A DNA stretch of 64,000 nucleotides, from NCBI RefSeq assembly GCF_023055435.1, contig NW_025963802.1:7998001-8062000 (forward strand), in the 5' to 3' direction. The translations under genes and the position numbers were made by a program. The notes under the pieces are model-generated. The model saw only the letters and a list, made by a program, of their open reading frames with translations. It ran no database searches and was not told the DNA's origin. Below are positions 12,701-24,227 of the stretch, piece by piece (position 1 is the first letter of the stretch; the number at the start of each line of letters is the position of its first letter). This DNA comes from Haliotis rufescens. Taxonomy: Eukaryota.

Positions 12701-15700
12701 TGTGTTTTATTTCAGGTTTTAATGTGGAGCATTTTACACATAAGAATATCAGAATAGTGGCGTGGGATGTTGGCGGAAGGGACAAAGCTGTAAGTAGTTT
12801 TAATAACATCGCTCTGGACAATTGTCAAACACATTTACCATGTAAAAAGAGTTAAAAAATTGCATGTTTAGGGCTTTTCACCAGTTCAGGAATGTGGATT
12901 GTTGAATGAATTAGGTTTTCACTGTAATCCATTTTGACAAGGCAGTTGTTTGTTTCCTTGCCTAAAGTGAAAGACTTGATGGTTTCACTGTTTAGGCTAC
13001 TGATTTCTGATAGGGCTGGGACGAGTCCTGATTTACTACCTAGGTACCCGATCCCCTACTACCCGACCCTACCCTACCTGGGTACCCACTGCAGGTCTCA
13101 AGAGTTGAGAACAAAATGTCTGATTGGGAAATGTTTTACCGCAGCCCTGGGCAAAACTCTTTAGGTACATGTATCAAACGATCAGATCGTGCGTACACTG
13201 AAGTTAACTGAAGCTTTATCTGTAGTCAGACATGTACAAGTCAAAAGGAATGTCTGCATCGTAAGACGGAAAGGCGAACTTTAGCATGTTTAGCAACTTG
13301 TAGTTTAACCACTGAGCTATAATGAGTTTTTGTCATTAAACAATATATCAGGTGACTAGCCACAGGTCTGGGTAGTACTGTGGGTACCCGGGTCCTACTC
13401 AGGACCCACCCGAGTACCCGAGTTTCCCGTCCCAACCCTAATTTCTGAAATGAATAGACAATGACAATAACAGTCCCTCTGTGCAGTTTATGTTTATTCC
13501 TGCATCACAATGGCTTTTGAGACAAGGAATTCTGAAGCAATTATTAGATCATGGCTGAATACTATAGAATATGAACTGGGTATATAAAACAATGAAAATA
13601 AATATTGGGTAAGATATAATTTTGGCCACATTATATTTTCCCAAATATTGAAAGAAGAAATGTTCAGCATTAAACTTGTGTTACAATGGTTACATATGAG
13701 ATGTCTGATGCAGCTTGTCCAAACTGTACATCGTACAAGTACTGAAAAGGTTTGCGCCATGAAATTATTGTGAGTGGCTAACAATTGCCTTAACTTAACC
13801 TGGAGAGATTTTTGACACCCTGATAAGATTGACAAAGGACAAAGCTACTTATAACTTTTGCATTTCATTTTTGTAAGTAGGAAGGGGCTTGGTTCAGTTT
13901 CAGTTTATTTCTCTGAAAAACGACAAATGATGGTACAAGAGTATATATATGCATACACACAAAATCGAGGCATACGAATGTTCACTCGGTGTACATGTAA
14001 TATATAAAAAATAAAGACCATGTTAGTCCAACATCTTCTTTTTATCAGTTTCAGACATAGTACTTTGACTTTCTCATGACAGCTCTTCAGTGTAACTGAC
14101 AATGACATATGAATGATGTCATACTTATGACAACGTCATAAATTACAAATGTGACGTGATAATGTATTTACACACTCCAGCGAAGACACCACATAATATA
14201 ACAATTGTAGAGAGACATTTGAAGTAAAATCTACAGTATATTGTAAAGTAGATTGTGAGGTATTTCTACAAATACTGTAGATTTTAACCCTTGCCATCGG
14301 TGAAATGATAACCCAAGGTCAGTCAGTAATTTTTTAACTATAGGCACATGTGTGGTTGTAGTTGACAAGGGAGGTTGGAGTAGGGTTTATTCAACAGTAA
14401 AGAACTGATTGGCTTATGTCTGGACTAGTCGGTGACAGCTAAGTGAACTTTCCTGATTAAACTTTTGACAATGAGGACAATGTGTAATTGAGTATATTAT
14501 TTGATAATTCATGCACTGGCTGGTTTGACAATGTGTAGAAGTAAACAAAAGAAATATGCATCTTTACATTATTTGTTTCTTGTTGGTCTGAAAAATAAAT
14601 GCATCATAAAACTATTGCAAGTGTGTGTCATCCCCACATTTTGCAATACTGTCTTGCTCGCAAAACTGTCCAGATTTACCATGTTTACAGTATCAAGTAT
14701 AGGGGTGTCGCGATAAATTGAAATATCGATTAATTGCTGTTGGTAAGCACTTAAAGTCAATAAATCAATTGTTAAATCAGTTTCCAATCAATAGTATCGA
14801 TTTCAGTTAGGAATATTGATAATTTCTATTGTACATGCAATGCTGTTCAAATTTGTTTTTCTTTTGATCATGAGTGCTAGTAATTTACACATGATAATGT
14901 TGAAGTTTCTTTTTCTTAAATTATTTATAGGGTAAAGAAAAAACAAGTCAGTCATATCTCAAACTTAACTTTTTATTTGTTGTTATGGTTATCACATTCA
15001 AAGGAAACTACAGTTCCAAGGTTTAATTCAACTCTAAAATCCATCTAAAATGATACACTGAAAACTATCGATATTTATCGCAATAGTTGTTTGGAATATC
15101 AATAGTTATCGCAATAGTTTCTTTCAATATCAATAGTTATCGCATTAGTGATTTCCAGACCAATAGTCACCCCTAATCAAGTATGGTCCTTGTCTGAAGA
15201 TACCAAAGAAGCAGTAGTTTGTTCAGTCCTCCTCACTTCCTCTTTTCCAGCGGAGCTTGTACCGACACTACTTCCCTGGAGCATCAGCACTCATGTTTGT
15301 CATAGACAGCACTGATCAGGATAGGCTTGAAGAGATGACTGATGAGGTGAAGAGATTGGTGATGGACCCAGAGCTGGGAGAGGCTGTGATTCTGCTCCTG
15401 GCCAACAAGCAGGACATGGGCTCGGCCATGAGTGTGGAGGAGATCAAGGAAAAAATGAACTACAACAAATTATGTGAGCAAAGACCTTCTGGGAAAAGTG
15501 AGTGTGTTTCTGTTTTAGTTTTAGTCAAGATCTGCAGGCAATGTCAGCTTAGCTTATGTCATGCGTCTCTGTTGGTTGTCATATAAGCAGTATGAGCTTG
15601 TGTCATCGGTCTGTCTGTCAGTTGTCATACAAGCAGTGTGAGCTTATGGCATGGGTCTGTTTGGCTGTTGTCATACAAGCAGTATGAGCTTGTGTCATCG

Positions 15701-17017
15701 GTCTGTCTGTCCGTTGTCATACAAGCAGTGTGAGCTTATGTCATGGGTCTGTTTGTCTGTTGTCATACAAGCAGTGTAAGCTTATGTCATTGGTCTGTTT
15801 GTCCGTTGTCATACAAGCAGTATGAGCTTATGTCATGGGTCTGTTTGTCCGTTGTCATACAAGCAGTGTAAGCTTATGTCATTGGTCTGTCTGTCCGTTG
15901 TCATACAAGCAGTGTGGGGTGATGTCATTGGTATGACATTATGTCATCGGTCTAAGCCCGTTTGTTGTGATACAAGCAGTATGATGTCATGGGCCATGAA
16001 TGAGAGTGGCACCACAGTGTTCTGTTTACTATGACGTCGCTGCATTGTGACCTTGTTGGCTGACATCATAGCTCTGAGACGTCTTCATTGGAATGTCGCT
16101 ACATATTAGATATTGGGGGAAGTATGTATTAAATGCACACATGTTCATCACTTTGCCAAAACATGTGCACACTAACTGAGAAATAAGGTTTTACTCATAA
16201 GCTGTCAAAATATCTACTGTGAGTGTTTGCTCTACATGCCTCGATTGTAAATTGTGAACTTTGAGTGAATTTTTCCCCCTGGTGACCCAAGGTAGAGAAG
16301 CTTTTGGCACTGTGAACCTATTCTTCCCCAGAATCTAGGCTGGTCATTGGTTTGAAATGTTAATATCGACATTAAAGTATAACGATACAGCAATCAATAA
16401 TATAATTAAATTCTGGATGTGTATATATAAAATTTATCTACATGTATGTAGATCTGCAATTAGTCAATGTAGTGCTAAATATGATCTACACTGAGCAGAT
16501 AAATGTTTAAAATTGAATATTCTGCCTTCTCATTGTCCTTCCTGTCTATAGTACAATGTACAAGTATCCACGGATACTTGGGGCCCTAGAAATCTAACTG
16601 GAATAACCATTATTAAGAGGCAAACATACTGCTTATGTCTAAGTGCTTATGACAAATAGTGATCATGACAACAATGACAATTATATCCATGCTGACTGAA
16701 TATCATATTGTGGTCAATATTGATGGAAAAGTGACATTTCTTTTTCAGAAATGAACATATTTGGATGTTCAGCAGTGACGCCTGAGGGTCAAGGTGACTT
16801 GCTTAAGGCACTGGATTGGCTGAGTGAAGAATTGGTGCCGAAGTCTGGCTACTGGTTCCAGTCCTGGTATTCATCTGAAACTGGGAAAACGAAGGACAAA
16901 ACTAATAAGGCTCCATCCCAGGAAGGCTCAGATAGTGACAAGAAACCCTGGACATTCTCATCTTATGTGAAGGGGACGATTACAACTTTCAAAAGCTTGC
17001 TGCCAAGATTGTGGTAG
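9783..17017 (+). CDS. Arf/Arl-like small GTPase 1, 244 aa; exons 9783-9849, 11142-11219, 12716-12789, 15251-15497, 16749-17017
   Basis: Joined [37 protein letters not shown]...TTIPTIGFNVE...WDVGGRDK...ANKQD...CSAV. All introns are GT-AG, total 735 nt in frame. AATAAA at 17728. Confidence 0.93.
10600..10761 (-). mobile_element. tRNA-derived SINE, family B, with 13-bp TSD aggctactgttga
   Basis: Head ggggcggtcgggtagcctagtggttaaagcg...gggttcgattccc (A/B boxes) and tail gctaaaagcggcgtaaaacc+(ctca)n. Other copies near 7882, 23375, 24615, 26690, 27008, 30758, 34252, 39625, 42598, 49038, 56550, 56815, 60134, 63098. Confidence 0.9.
11245..11820 (+). mobile_element. Probable non-autonomous Helentron/HINE-like repeat in intron 2 of gene 1
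   Basis: T-run start with a GC-rich hairpin (gccccgacc...gggcgggtggg), internal diverged repeats (..cttca.ggatt..tcaaat..gg..aggagaggtgcag), and a ..cttgtt end. A similar start lies at 18085 (ttattatccctgccacgaag...gtccgtccatccgtc). Confidence 0.45.
12300..12572 (-). mobile_element. SINE family D copy
   Basis: Near full-length match to the 8050-8297 copy. Confidence 0.8.
13011..13440. mobile_element. hAT-type MITE, 430 bp
   Basis: TIR tagggctgggacg...cgtcccaacccta with a perfect 8-bp TSD atttctga (13003-10 and 13441-48). Confidence 0.9.
14700..15175. mobile_element. hAT-type MITE, 476 bp
   Basis: TIR taggggtg...caccccta with a perfect 8-bp TSD atcaagta (14692-99 and 15176-83) and subterminal atcgat/atcgca repeats. 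Confidence 0.9.
15540..15990. repeat. About 46-bp minisatellite in intron 4 of gene 1
   Basis: gtcatacaagcag recurs at 15670, 15716, 15762, 15808 and onward. Confidence 0.9.
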
Positions 17018-18449
17018 AACTTCATATGATAAAGAACTTTCTGTGATATGACTCTGGGGATTCCAGTTTAGAATTGAAACCTACGCTGGTCGTAAGAAGT
17101 GATTAAATGGACTGATTGCTCAGGCTCGCTGACTTGATTGATAGCGTGTCAGTGTGTCCCCGATGGTGTGGATTGTTTCTCATCATATCAATTACGGGTT
17201 TGTCTGGCCCAGACCACTTACGTTATTGTTCTGCAAGTCGGGTTGAGTGATGGAGGAAGCATGTGCAAACTATGGTTTAAGGAATAAGATTTTGTGATGT
17301 ATATTTTATGTGCATTTCAGTTACTTTTACTTTCATCAATAGTGATACGTAAACATCAATTGGCCAACCTTGCTCCTTTCCTGAACGGCAAAGAAAGGTC
17401 TCTTTTCAGCAGAGTGACCTAAACATCACTGGACATAGCTTATTAATGTTTATTTGCATGCCCTCAAGCAAGACATATACGTTTGTCATACACCTTTTCG
17501 TGTATTAGAGCTATGCCAGTAGAAGCCGGAGCACCGGTCAAATTCTGAAAGTAGGCCTAATATACTTCATTGCACCGTTTCCTTGCTGTATCCAACTGTG
17601 ATATTGTTTGTTGTTTATCATGTTTATGGATACAATTGTATTTGGATATTGATTGAACATTTGTTACTGTTGTTGAATATCATATTTTATATCAGGGTGT
17701 TTTATGACATGACAACTATAACCATGTAATAAAAGAATATATTTTATGCACTGTCTTGCAGTTGTGACTAAGACTAAATCTTACTGGATCAAGTTCCTGT
17801 CATTTACCCATCAGATGACACAATATATACTACTCAAAAGAAATTAAAGAACACCTGATTCTTTCCTATTCATAGTTAATCTGTCATGGGTGTTCTTTAA
17901 CTTCAACTGAGTATATTTGTAATTATCAAAGTGTTTGTGTGTGTATTTTACTCCAAATGTTGTATTTTTTTTCTAAAAAACCCTTTTTTTTAACTGATTT
18001 CTTTTTACCTATGCCATGGTTTGTAGGAAACATAATTTGACCTTTTCTTGTGTGCAATATTGTGTGCCAAGAATACAGTTCATTATTATCCCTGCCACGA
18101 AGTGTGAGGGGGATATAGGAATGGGGGCTGTCTGTCCGTCCATCCGTCACATTTCATTTCTGGAGCATAGTGTTTAATATTTTACAGTGAAACTTTGCAT
18201 ATGTATCAAACACATGCTGAACTAGTGCCTTTTGATGTTTTGGGGTTTCTAAAAAAATAATAACCCTGTTTTCTTGTTTCTATATAGCTTAAACAATTGA
18301 GCACCTGTTTATGAATGAGCTCCTAAACATTCGTTACATTCTCGGTAGAGAGTAGACTGGTTCCTGTTTCCGTTTGTTCCTACGACAGACTGGAAAGCAG
18401 AGCAAGAGCAGCGACACCAAGCGGAGGATCCGGGAACAGAGAGCTCCGC

Positions 18450-18510
18450 CAAGCTCCTTCCCAGCGCGTGACACCTTCGTTACACACGGGCTATTGCTGT
18501 GAGGAGCTTG
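18450..18510. mobile_element. Tiny TIR element (caagctcc...ggagcttg) with 10-bp TSD agagctccgc
   Basis: TSD at 18440-49 and 18511-20. Relatives at 36589-36672 (9-bp TSD) and about 9520-9628. Confidence 0.7.
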
Positions 18511-19618
18511 AGAGCTCCGCGAAAATAAGGGAGATAACGCTTAAGTAAAGAGACAACTCTATTGAAGTGCCAGACAAAGGCACGCCGCTAGTTAAAAATA
18601 AGCAACACGTTAAATTACCTGCATGTATACTGTTCACTGTGGCACTGGATATATACTCTCACTCAGCAGCCCATTTTATCAATTATAATTTGTCTGTTGG
18701 ACACTCATTGATTTACAGACTGCTGGCATAAAATTACTATGTCTGGCGTAAATGATAACCTCACGAGCCCACTCACGTGTTGAAGGGTATAGGCAGACAG
18801 ACTTTATTCAGTATTTTAGGCCCAAAGCCAATAATACAAACAAGATGGAAAATAATTAATATTATTTACATGCTGAATAAACGGCTGGAATGCATAACAC
18901 TTTGTTCCAGGTATAGATGATTTGCTTAATTCTGATCTTTAGTCCTTGACAAAGGTATTTAATCAAACATTTAATAATATGGATATTGTCAATGAGGAGT
19001 ATATTATGACTATGCTGAATGTCATCAAATTGATTGTCGCTACACCCACTATTTTCGAGTGTTTTACGTCAATCAGCAACTCCAGCTTATCCACAACGGC
19101 CTGTAAGTAATAGAGTGAGTGAGTTAATTAGGTTTAACGCTGCTTTGAACAGTTTCCCAGTTATATCACGGCGCATCAGGTTAATGTAGGAGGAAAGCCC
19201 GAAGAAGTGCAGGTCTCAGACGTTTACCACTTTGGTGAAACCCAAGAGCACGGGTACGGTGCTGATAAACCCATAAACATAATCGGGGCAAACTGGGATT
19301 CGAACCTACAACCACGGGTTTTTTGGCGTGCCCAAGGAACACAACATTTGCACAGCGAATTGCAGCGCCTTAGACGACCGGGCCACCCGTGCCCCAATGA
19401 AAGTAAAAATCTGGCCAGGCTAAAGAGGGCCCAGTTGCTTAAAGCGATCTTAGAGTCTGTGTTAGAGTATGGGAGTTACGATCGTCATAGCACTAGGATC
19501 GCTTTGTGCAAGTGTACCCAGAGGTTGATAGAATGAGCATCAACCTACACCTTCGGGGCACGATGGCACACAGCCAGGTCACACCATCCTATCCCTATAT
19601 TCCACCTCTTGCGATAAG

Positions 19619-19887
19619 TTGGTTGGTTGGTTTGTTGTTTAACGCCGCACTCAGCAATGCTACAGCTATATGACGGCGGTCTGTAAATAATCGAGTCTGG
19701 ACCAGACAATCCAGTGATTGATATCATGAGCATCGATCCACGCAATTGGGATCGATGGCATGCTTCAACCAAGTCAGCGAGCCTGACCACCCGATCCCGT
19801 TAGTCGCCTTTTACTACAAGCACAGTCACCTTTTATGGCAAGCATGGGTTGCTGGAGACCTATTCTACCCCGGAATCTTCGCGGGTG
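19619..19887 (-). mobile_element. Retroposon family A, full-length copy with 12-bp TSD tcttgcgataag
   Basis: The TSD flanks both ends. The 5' end reads cacccgcgaagattccggggtagaatagg on the minus strand. Confidence 0.88.
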
Positions 19888-20429
19888 TCTTGCGATAAGA
19901 ACTGGCTACTAAAGGGATATCTCATCCCCACAATCCCAACAGAGAATCATGCAGGGATTTATATAACAGTGTTGTTACGCCTATATGATGACTGCTTCTT
20001 GTGTAAGACTTGATTTGTTTTCGGTGCGTGGGTCTTTGACACAGAACGCACAGACACACTGCTATCGTTTTCCGTGTGCAGATATGACCTGAAACACACT
20101 GCACTTATCTACAAACACTTTATTAAACGGATTTACCTTGGGATGTTTCAAACATATATTTTTTATTGTTTAATCAAGCATCGGATAAATTATAGAACTT
20201 TTTTTTGTATTTATTGAGAATTACCTTATTCATTGCGGTATTACTAGTGGTATTTGTTTTTGTTGTTTAACACTGCACTCCACAATATCCCAGCTGCATG
20301 GCGGTTATCATTTAAAGCACATGATGAGTATAATGTTCAATTTCTAAATTAATGAAATTGTCTGAAATGTAATATATTGATGTATCCCCTTTATAAAGAG
20401 GTTCCTGTATTTACATATCCGCGTTCAGG

Positions 20430-20492
20430 GACGACGTCGTGATTGGCCTGCCCTTCTATGACGTCACAGGCTTGACGACGTCGTCGCCCAAT
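20430..20492 (+). promoter_or_regulatory. CpG-rich promoter-like module: two CCAAT boxes around a perfect CRE (TGACGTCA, 20459-66)
   Basis: attgg near 20442, tgacgtca at 20459, palindrome gacgacgtcgtc at 20474-85, ccaat at 20488. Lies 135-200 bp upstream of ORF 20627. Confidence 0.5.
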
Positions 20493-20626
20493 GGCATTTG
20501 CCTGGAGACGACAGCATGGAACAGTCAGCAATATGGCGTTGGGCATAATTGGTCGCTTTGATGCAGTGCGCCATGTCAGTATGTCGCAATGATGCTACGA
20601 CTGTTAGACACTAGCAGACACTGAGA

Positions 20627-21196
20627 ATGGGGTGTATCCATAGCCGCGTGGGTCCGGCCCCAACTGCAGACAAAGAGAAGCCGGGGCTCAGGTCCGAGTC
20701 CAGATTCTCTAGGTTTAAGAAGCTGTTTAGGTCGAAGACAAAGACAGTCCCAAAGGATAAAACTACTGTTTTCTTGGCAATTGACCATAGCGGGAAATTA
20801 TCTCAGAAACCCGAACCAAAGAAGAAGAAGGAGGTCTATCGCCGCTCATGCATGCAGTCTGTGATGGCTGACCCCAAGTCTCTGAAACTTACGCCCTTCG
20901 GCTTCTCACGTCGGGATGTCATGCCACCAATAGAGAAAGAGGAGGAGGTTGAGGTCACTGTGGTGTTCACAGTTTGGGACAGCCAGATTATCATCAACCA
21001 TGACCACGTGTCCCGAGACGATGGATTCCGGGTCGTCGAGAGGACGTTCCTGGTACCAAAGTCTGACAAATCGGCTCGCAGGATCGTCAACGGCCTGAGC
21101 GTTGCTGCAGAGGAGGACGCTATGAAGAAGAGGAGGGAGAAGGCGGAGAAGAAGAAGGAGGAGGAGGCAAAGAAGGAGGGGAAGGTGGAGGAGTAG
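20627..21196 (+). CDS. Intronless orphan protein, 189 aa, MGC N-terminus, basic N-half, Lys/Glu-rich tail
   Basis: Uninterrupted GC-rich ORF in an AT-rich background, with an upstream CRE/CCAAT module and AATAAA at 21326 and 21371. No domain recognised. Confidence 0.6.
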   Translation: MGCIHSRVGPAPTADKEKPGLRSESRFSRFKKLFRSKTKTVPKDKTTVFLAIDHSGKLSQKPEPKKKKEVYRRSCMQSVMADPKSLKLTPFGFSRRDVMPPIEKEEEVEVTVVFTVWDSQIIINHDHVSRDDGFRVVERTFLVPKSDKSARRIVNGLSVAAEEDAMKKRREKAEKKKEEEAKKEGKVEE

Positions 21197-23564
21197 AGGT
21201 CTCGATGCCGTCCAGGGTGTGGCCAATCTAAAATAGGAGAGGGAGACCTGCGGGAGGTCAGAGAAAATTCGTTCTCCTGCAAAGTCCGACTGAAGATCAC
21301 ACAACGAGTGCGCGAGATCTTGTGCAATAAACAAAAGTGCACAATGAAACATCATTTTGTGATCTGGCCTAATAAAAACTGCCTTATCTACAGCATCCTC
21401 TAAAAATAACCAACTTGGCCTCTCTGTGTGTAATTCGAAATGGAACTACCATGTTGGAAATAAGACTGTGAAAGGACACAAAACAATACCTGCTCCAGAA
21501 GTGATTTTTTTGCCATTATATGCCCTCTTTACACATGAGGAAATGGACCTCTTACTTTGTGCTAAGCTGATGTTCAACTTGAAACAATTACGCTATCTTG
21601 AGATCTTGTGAAAGACATACTCGTTAATTTTAGTTTTCCTGTACAGATGAGGAAATGGTCCACCTATTTGTTGATGAGATCGATATATTGAAATAGAATA
21701 TTTGAGAATCTTCATCACTTGTGAAAAGACAACACAAGAGAAGGACATTGTAACACGAATTTTGTCCTACACAAAGAAACATGCATGTTTGTGTTCGTTT
21801 GAGGAGACCTACATATGAATGTAGGTAAGCAGTTAGCATATGTTTGTAGCATAAGGGACAGTGAAAGGACACTTTCAACTTGAACTTTCAGATTTGGATG
21901 ATTGATCGGTCTGAAGTTCCACGTGATAAATCTGCAATGTGTATGTAAGCTATGTCTTTATAGTATCTTTGAGATTTGACTATGTTAACATGTGTAAATC
22001 TTGAATCTCTGTTAAAGAGGAGATGAATCTTTTCTGTTGTGATGCTACTATGATAGATGTAAAGTGGAGATTAATTGCTCATATGTAATTAACCCGAAGA
22101 AATTGATGTACCGTCGACATTTAGCATCTGATGATATGGACATCCAAGGTTACGCGACGGATGCTATTTGTGTTCAAGCATTGTAGGGCATCTCTTGAAA
22201 TGTTGCTTGGGTCAGTTTGTTTCGCCTCTGGATGAATTCAGTTTCAAGATTTGGACAAAGATCCTTCGAGATAGAACCAAGCATGATATAGATCATACCA
22301 ATGGTAGTTTTTTGTGAAACACTTCATGGGTTTATACGGTGTGTAGCTCTGGTAAATGAGAAATGGGGTAAGTGTGCGGCATGTTGAACCATTACTGAAT
22401 ATACATTTACCTGATTCAATTTGAAACCATGAAAAGAATAACAAAATAATATAAATACAGTTTTAGGTTTATGTATGATAACTTACTTTTAGTGTTCTAT
22501 TACGGGTTGTATTTCTTGCCACAAAAAAAGGAAAATATTTATATGATATTAAAAAATATAATATGTAAAACATGTACATATTTCAGCATGTCTAAAAAAT
22601 AATATGTTTTCCGAATGTTATACAATATTTATACCGTTATATGTATGTCTTGTTTTAAATAAAACCACCTTGGACTATACCGTTGTGCCATGTGCTTCCC
22701 TGAAATACCCCCCAGTGAAGAAACAGGAGGTTTTGTTTATGGCTCTCTAACAAGTGGAAAAAAACTGTCAAGCGTTCTCCGGTGTCTCTAGTTCTAACAT
22801 CGTTTTTTTTCACCATTAAAGCAAATATTAAAATAGGTTGGAAAATAATAGCCTATTGTAAGACTGATATAACTGATTTAGTCAAAGGTTCGCGCGACGT
22901 CTAAAGTATTGGATTAGAGACCGACCATTTGATATTCGGGAGGTTGGGTGTGGTGTGGAGGTGGGGTGGGGTGATGTGGGGTGGGGTGCGTGGGTGGTGG
23001 GCTGGGATTTTATATCCACACCAGATATTTTTTTCAGCTGCAAAACCAGATATTTTTTAAAACTAAAAAAAACCCTATGCATTTCAGCAATGTAATATTT
23101 GTGGCAGTAACAATATGAATATCAAAAATAGTCGGCCTCTTTTTACACATTGACACATTAATGTTCAGACTTTTCCTTGAGAAAACAACTTGGTGAGTTT
23201 TTTAGTATATGAAAGCAATGTCAGTTGGGTGACGGCAAAACGGCAATTAATTGATATTACCCTAAATGTAATATGTCACTATAATTTAAATGTCACACAC
23301 AGAGAACATTAATTTTGTCAGGTGATATGAAGACCGGGAAAGAAGGCAAAATGTGCCGGGTATATTGATCACCTCGCCTGGTTGGGTAGCCTGGTTTAAG
23401 AGTTGGAAATCCGGGTTTGATTTCTCAATATGGGTGGGTGCAATGTGGATGAAGGCATATTGCGGTGACCCCCACTGGGATGTTTTTGGAATATTGCAAT
23501 AAATAATATATAAATATTGCAAAACGTAAAACCCGACTGATTCACTAAATTTATTAATTCAGGG

Positions 23565-23565
<1 letters not shown>

Positions 23566-23620
<55 letters not shown>
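23566..23620. repeat. (TG)n microsatellite
   Basis: Direct reading. Another lies at 43430-43473. Confidence 0.98.
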
Positions 23621-23622
<2 letters not shown>

Positions 23623-23945
23623 CTTAGGTTTCACACACATATATTAAATGGTTCGGTGGACATGCTAAGTGTCATTAATTTGATGTTTTCAGCGAGTGCA
23701 ACGATTGACGACGACGTAAAACCTTTGCAACGGCGAGGCTTCAAGGTGTATGAAACCCTGGGATATGAGGTTTCAATCCACTCCGACAGTTCACAGCGCA
23801 TTGACCAAGCCGTTGCAGAGTTGATGTCACTGCCTAAAATAAAGCAAAAACCTATTGCCGAAGAATGTTTGTGTGTGTGTTTCCAAGCGTGAATATTTTA
23901 CGCGCGCTTCTAACATTAGAATTTGCCGGATTATACAGTGCAACG

Positions 23946-23988
23946 ACTTCCGGCCACCGTGGATTTGACAGGTAAACAAAACCACGAG
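23946..23988 (+). promoter_or_regulatory. Conserved upstream module of Arf-like gene 2 (ETS ACTTCCGG, TGACAG, forkhead-like GTAAACA)
   Basis: acttccggccaccgtggatttgacaggtaaacaaa is identical at 30974 upstream of gene 3. Confidence 0.65.
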
Positions 23989-24227
23989 GTCGTTGTTTTG
24001 TTTACCTGTCATATCCACGCTGGCAAAATAGCGACTGCAACAAGATGAAGTGTGTGTAACAGCGAAGGCGATGATTAGATTGTGTATGAGGTGATTAGAG
24101 GTGTATGTCTATGCATAGCCTAACTCAAGTCATACTTTTCAAAACAACGAGATAGGGAGGTTTATGGAAGAGCCGACCGTGTTAGCAACTGAAAAGGTAT
24201 TTGCTGTGTGTTTTGTCCCAACTCAAC

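Noticed and set aside
20836-21355. Two minus-strand ORFs of 149-168 aa
   Set aside because: Antisense shadows of the GC- and purine-rich + strand ORF. The minus ORFs over Arf exons (26176, 27516, 33115, 33540, 50188) are the same kind of artefact.
21420-22450. Possible LRR-like relic (FNLKQLRYLEIL, FENLHHL, repeated gagga.atg motif)
   Set aside because: Fragments are too short and stop-ridden to support a call without a profile search.
23693-23830. Exon-like stretch after ttttcag upstream of gene 2; a similar one near 60279
   Set aside because: No recognisable product, convincing donor or partner exons.
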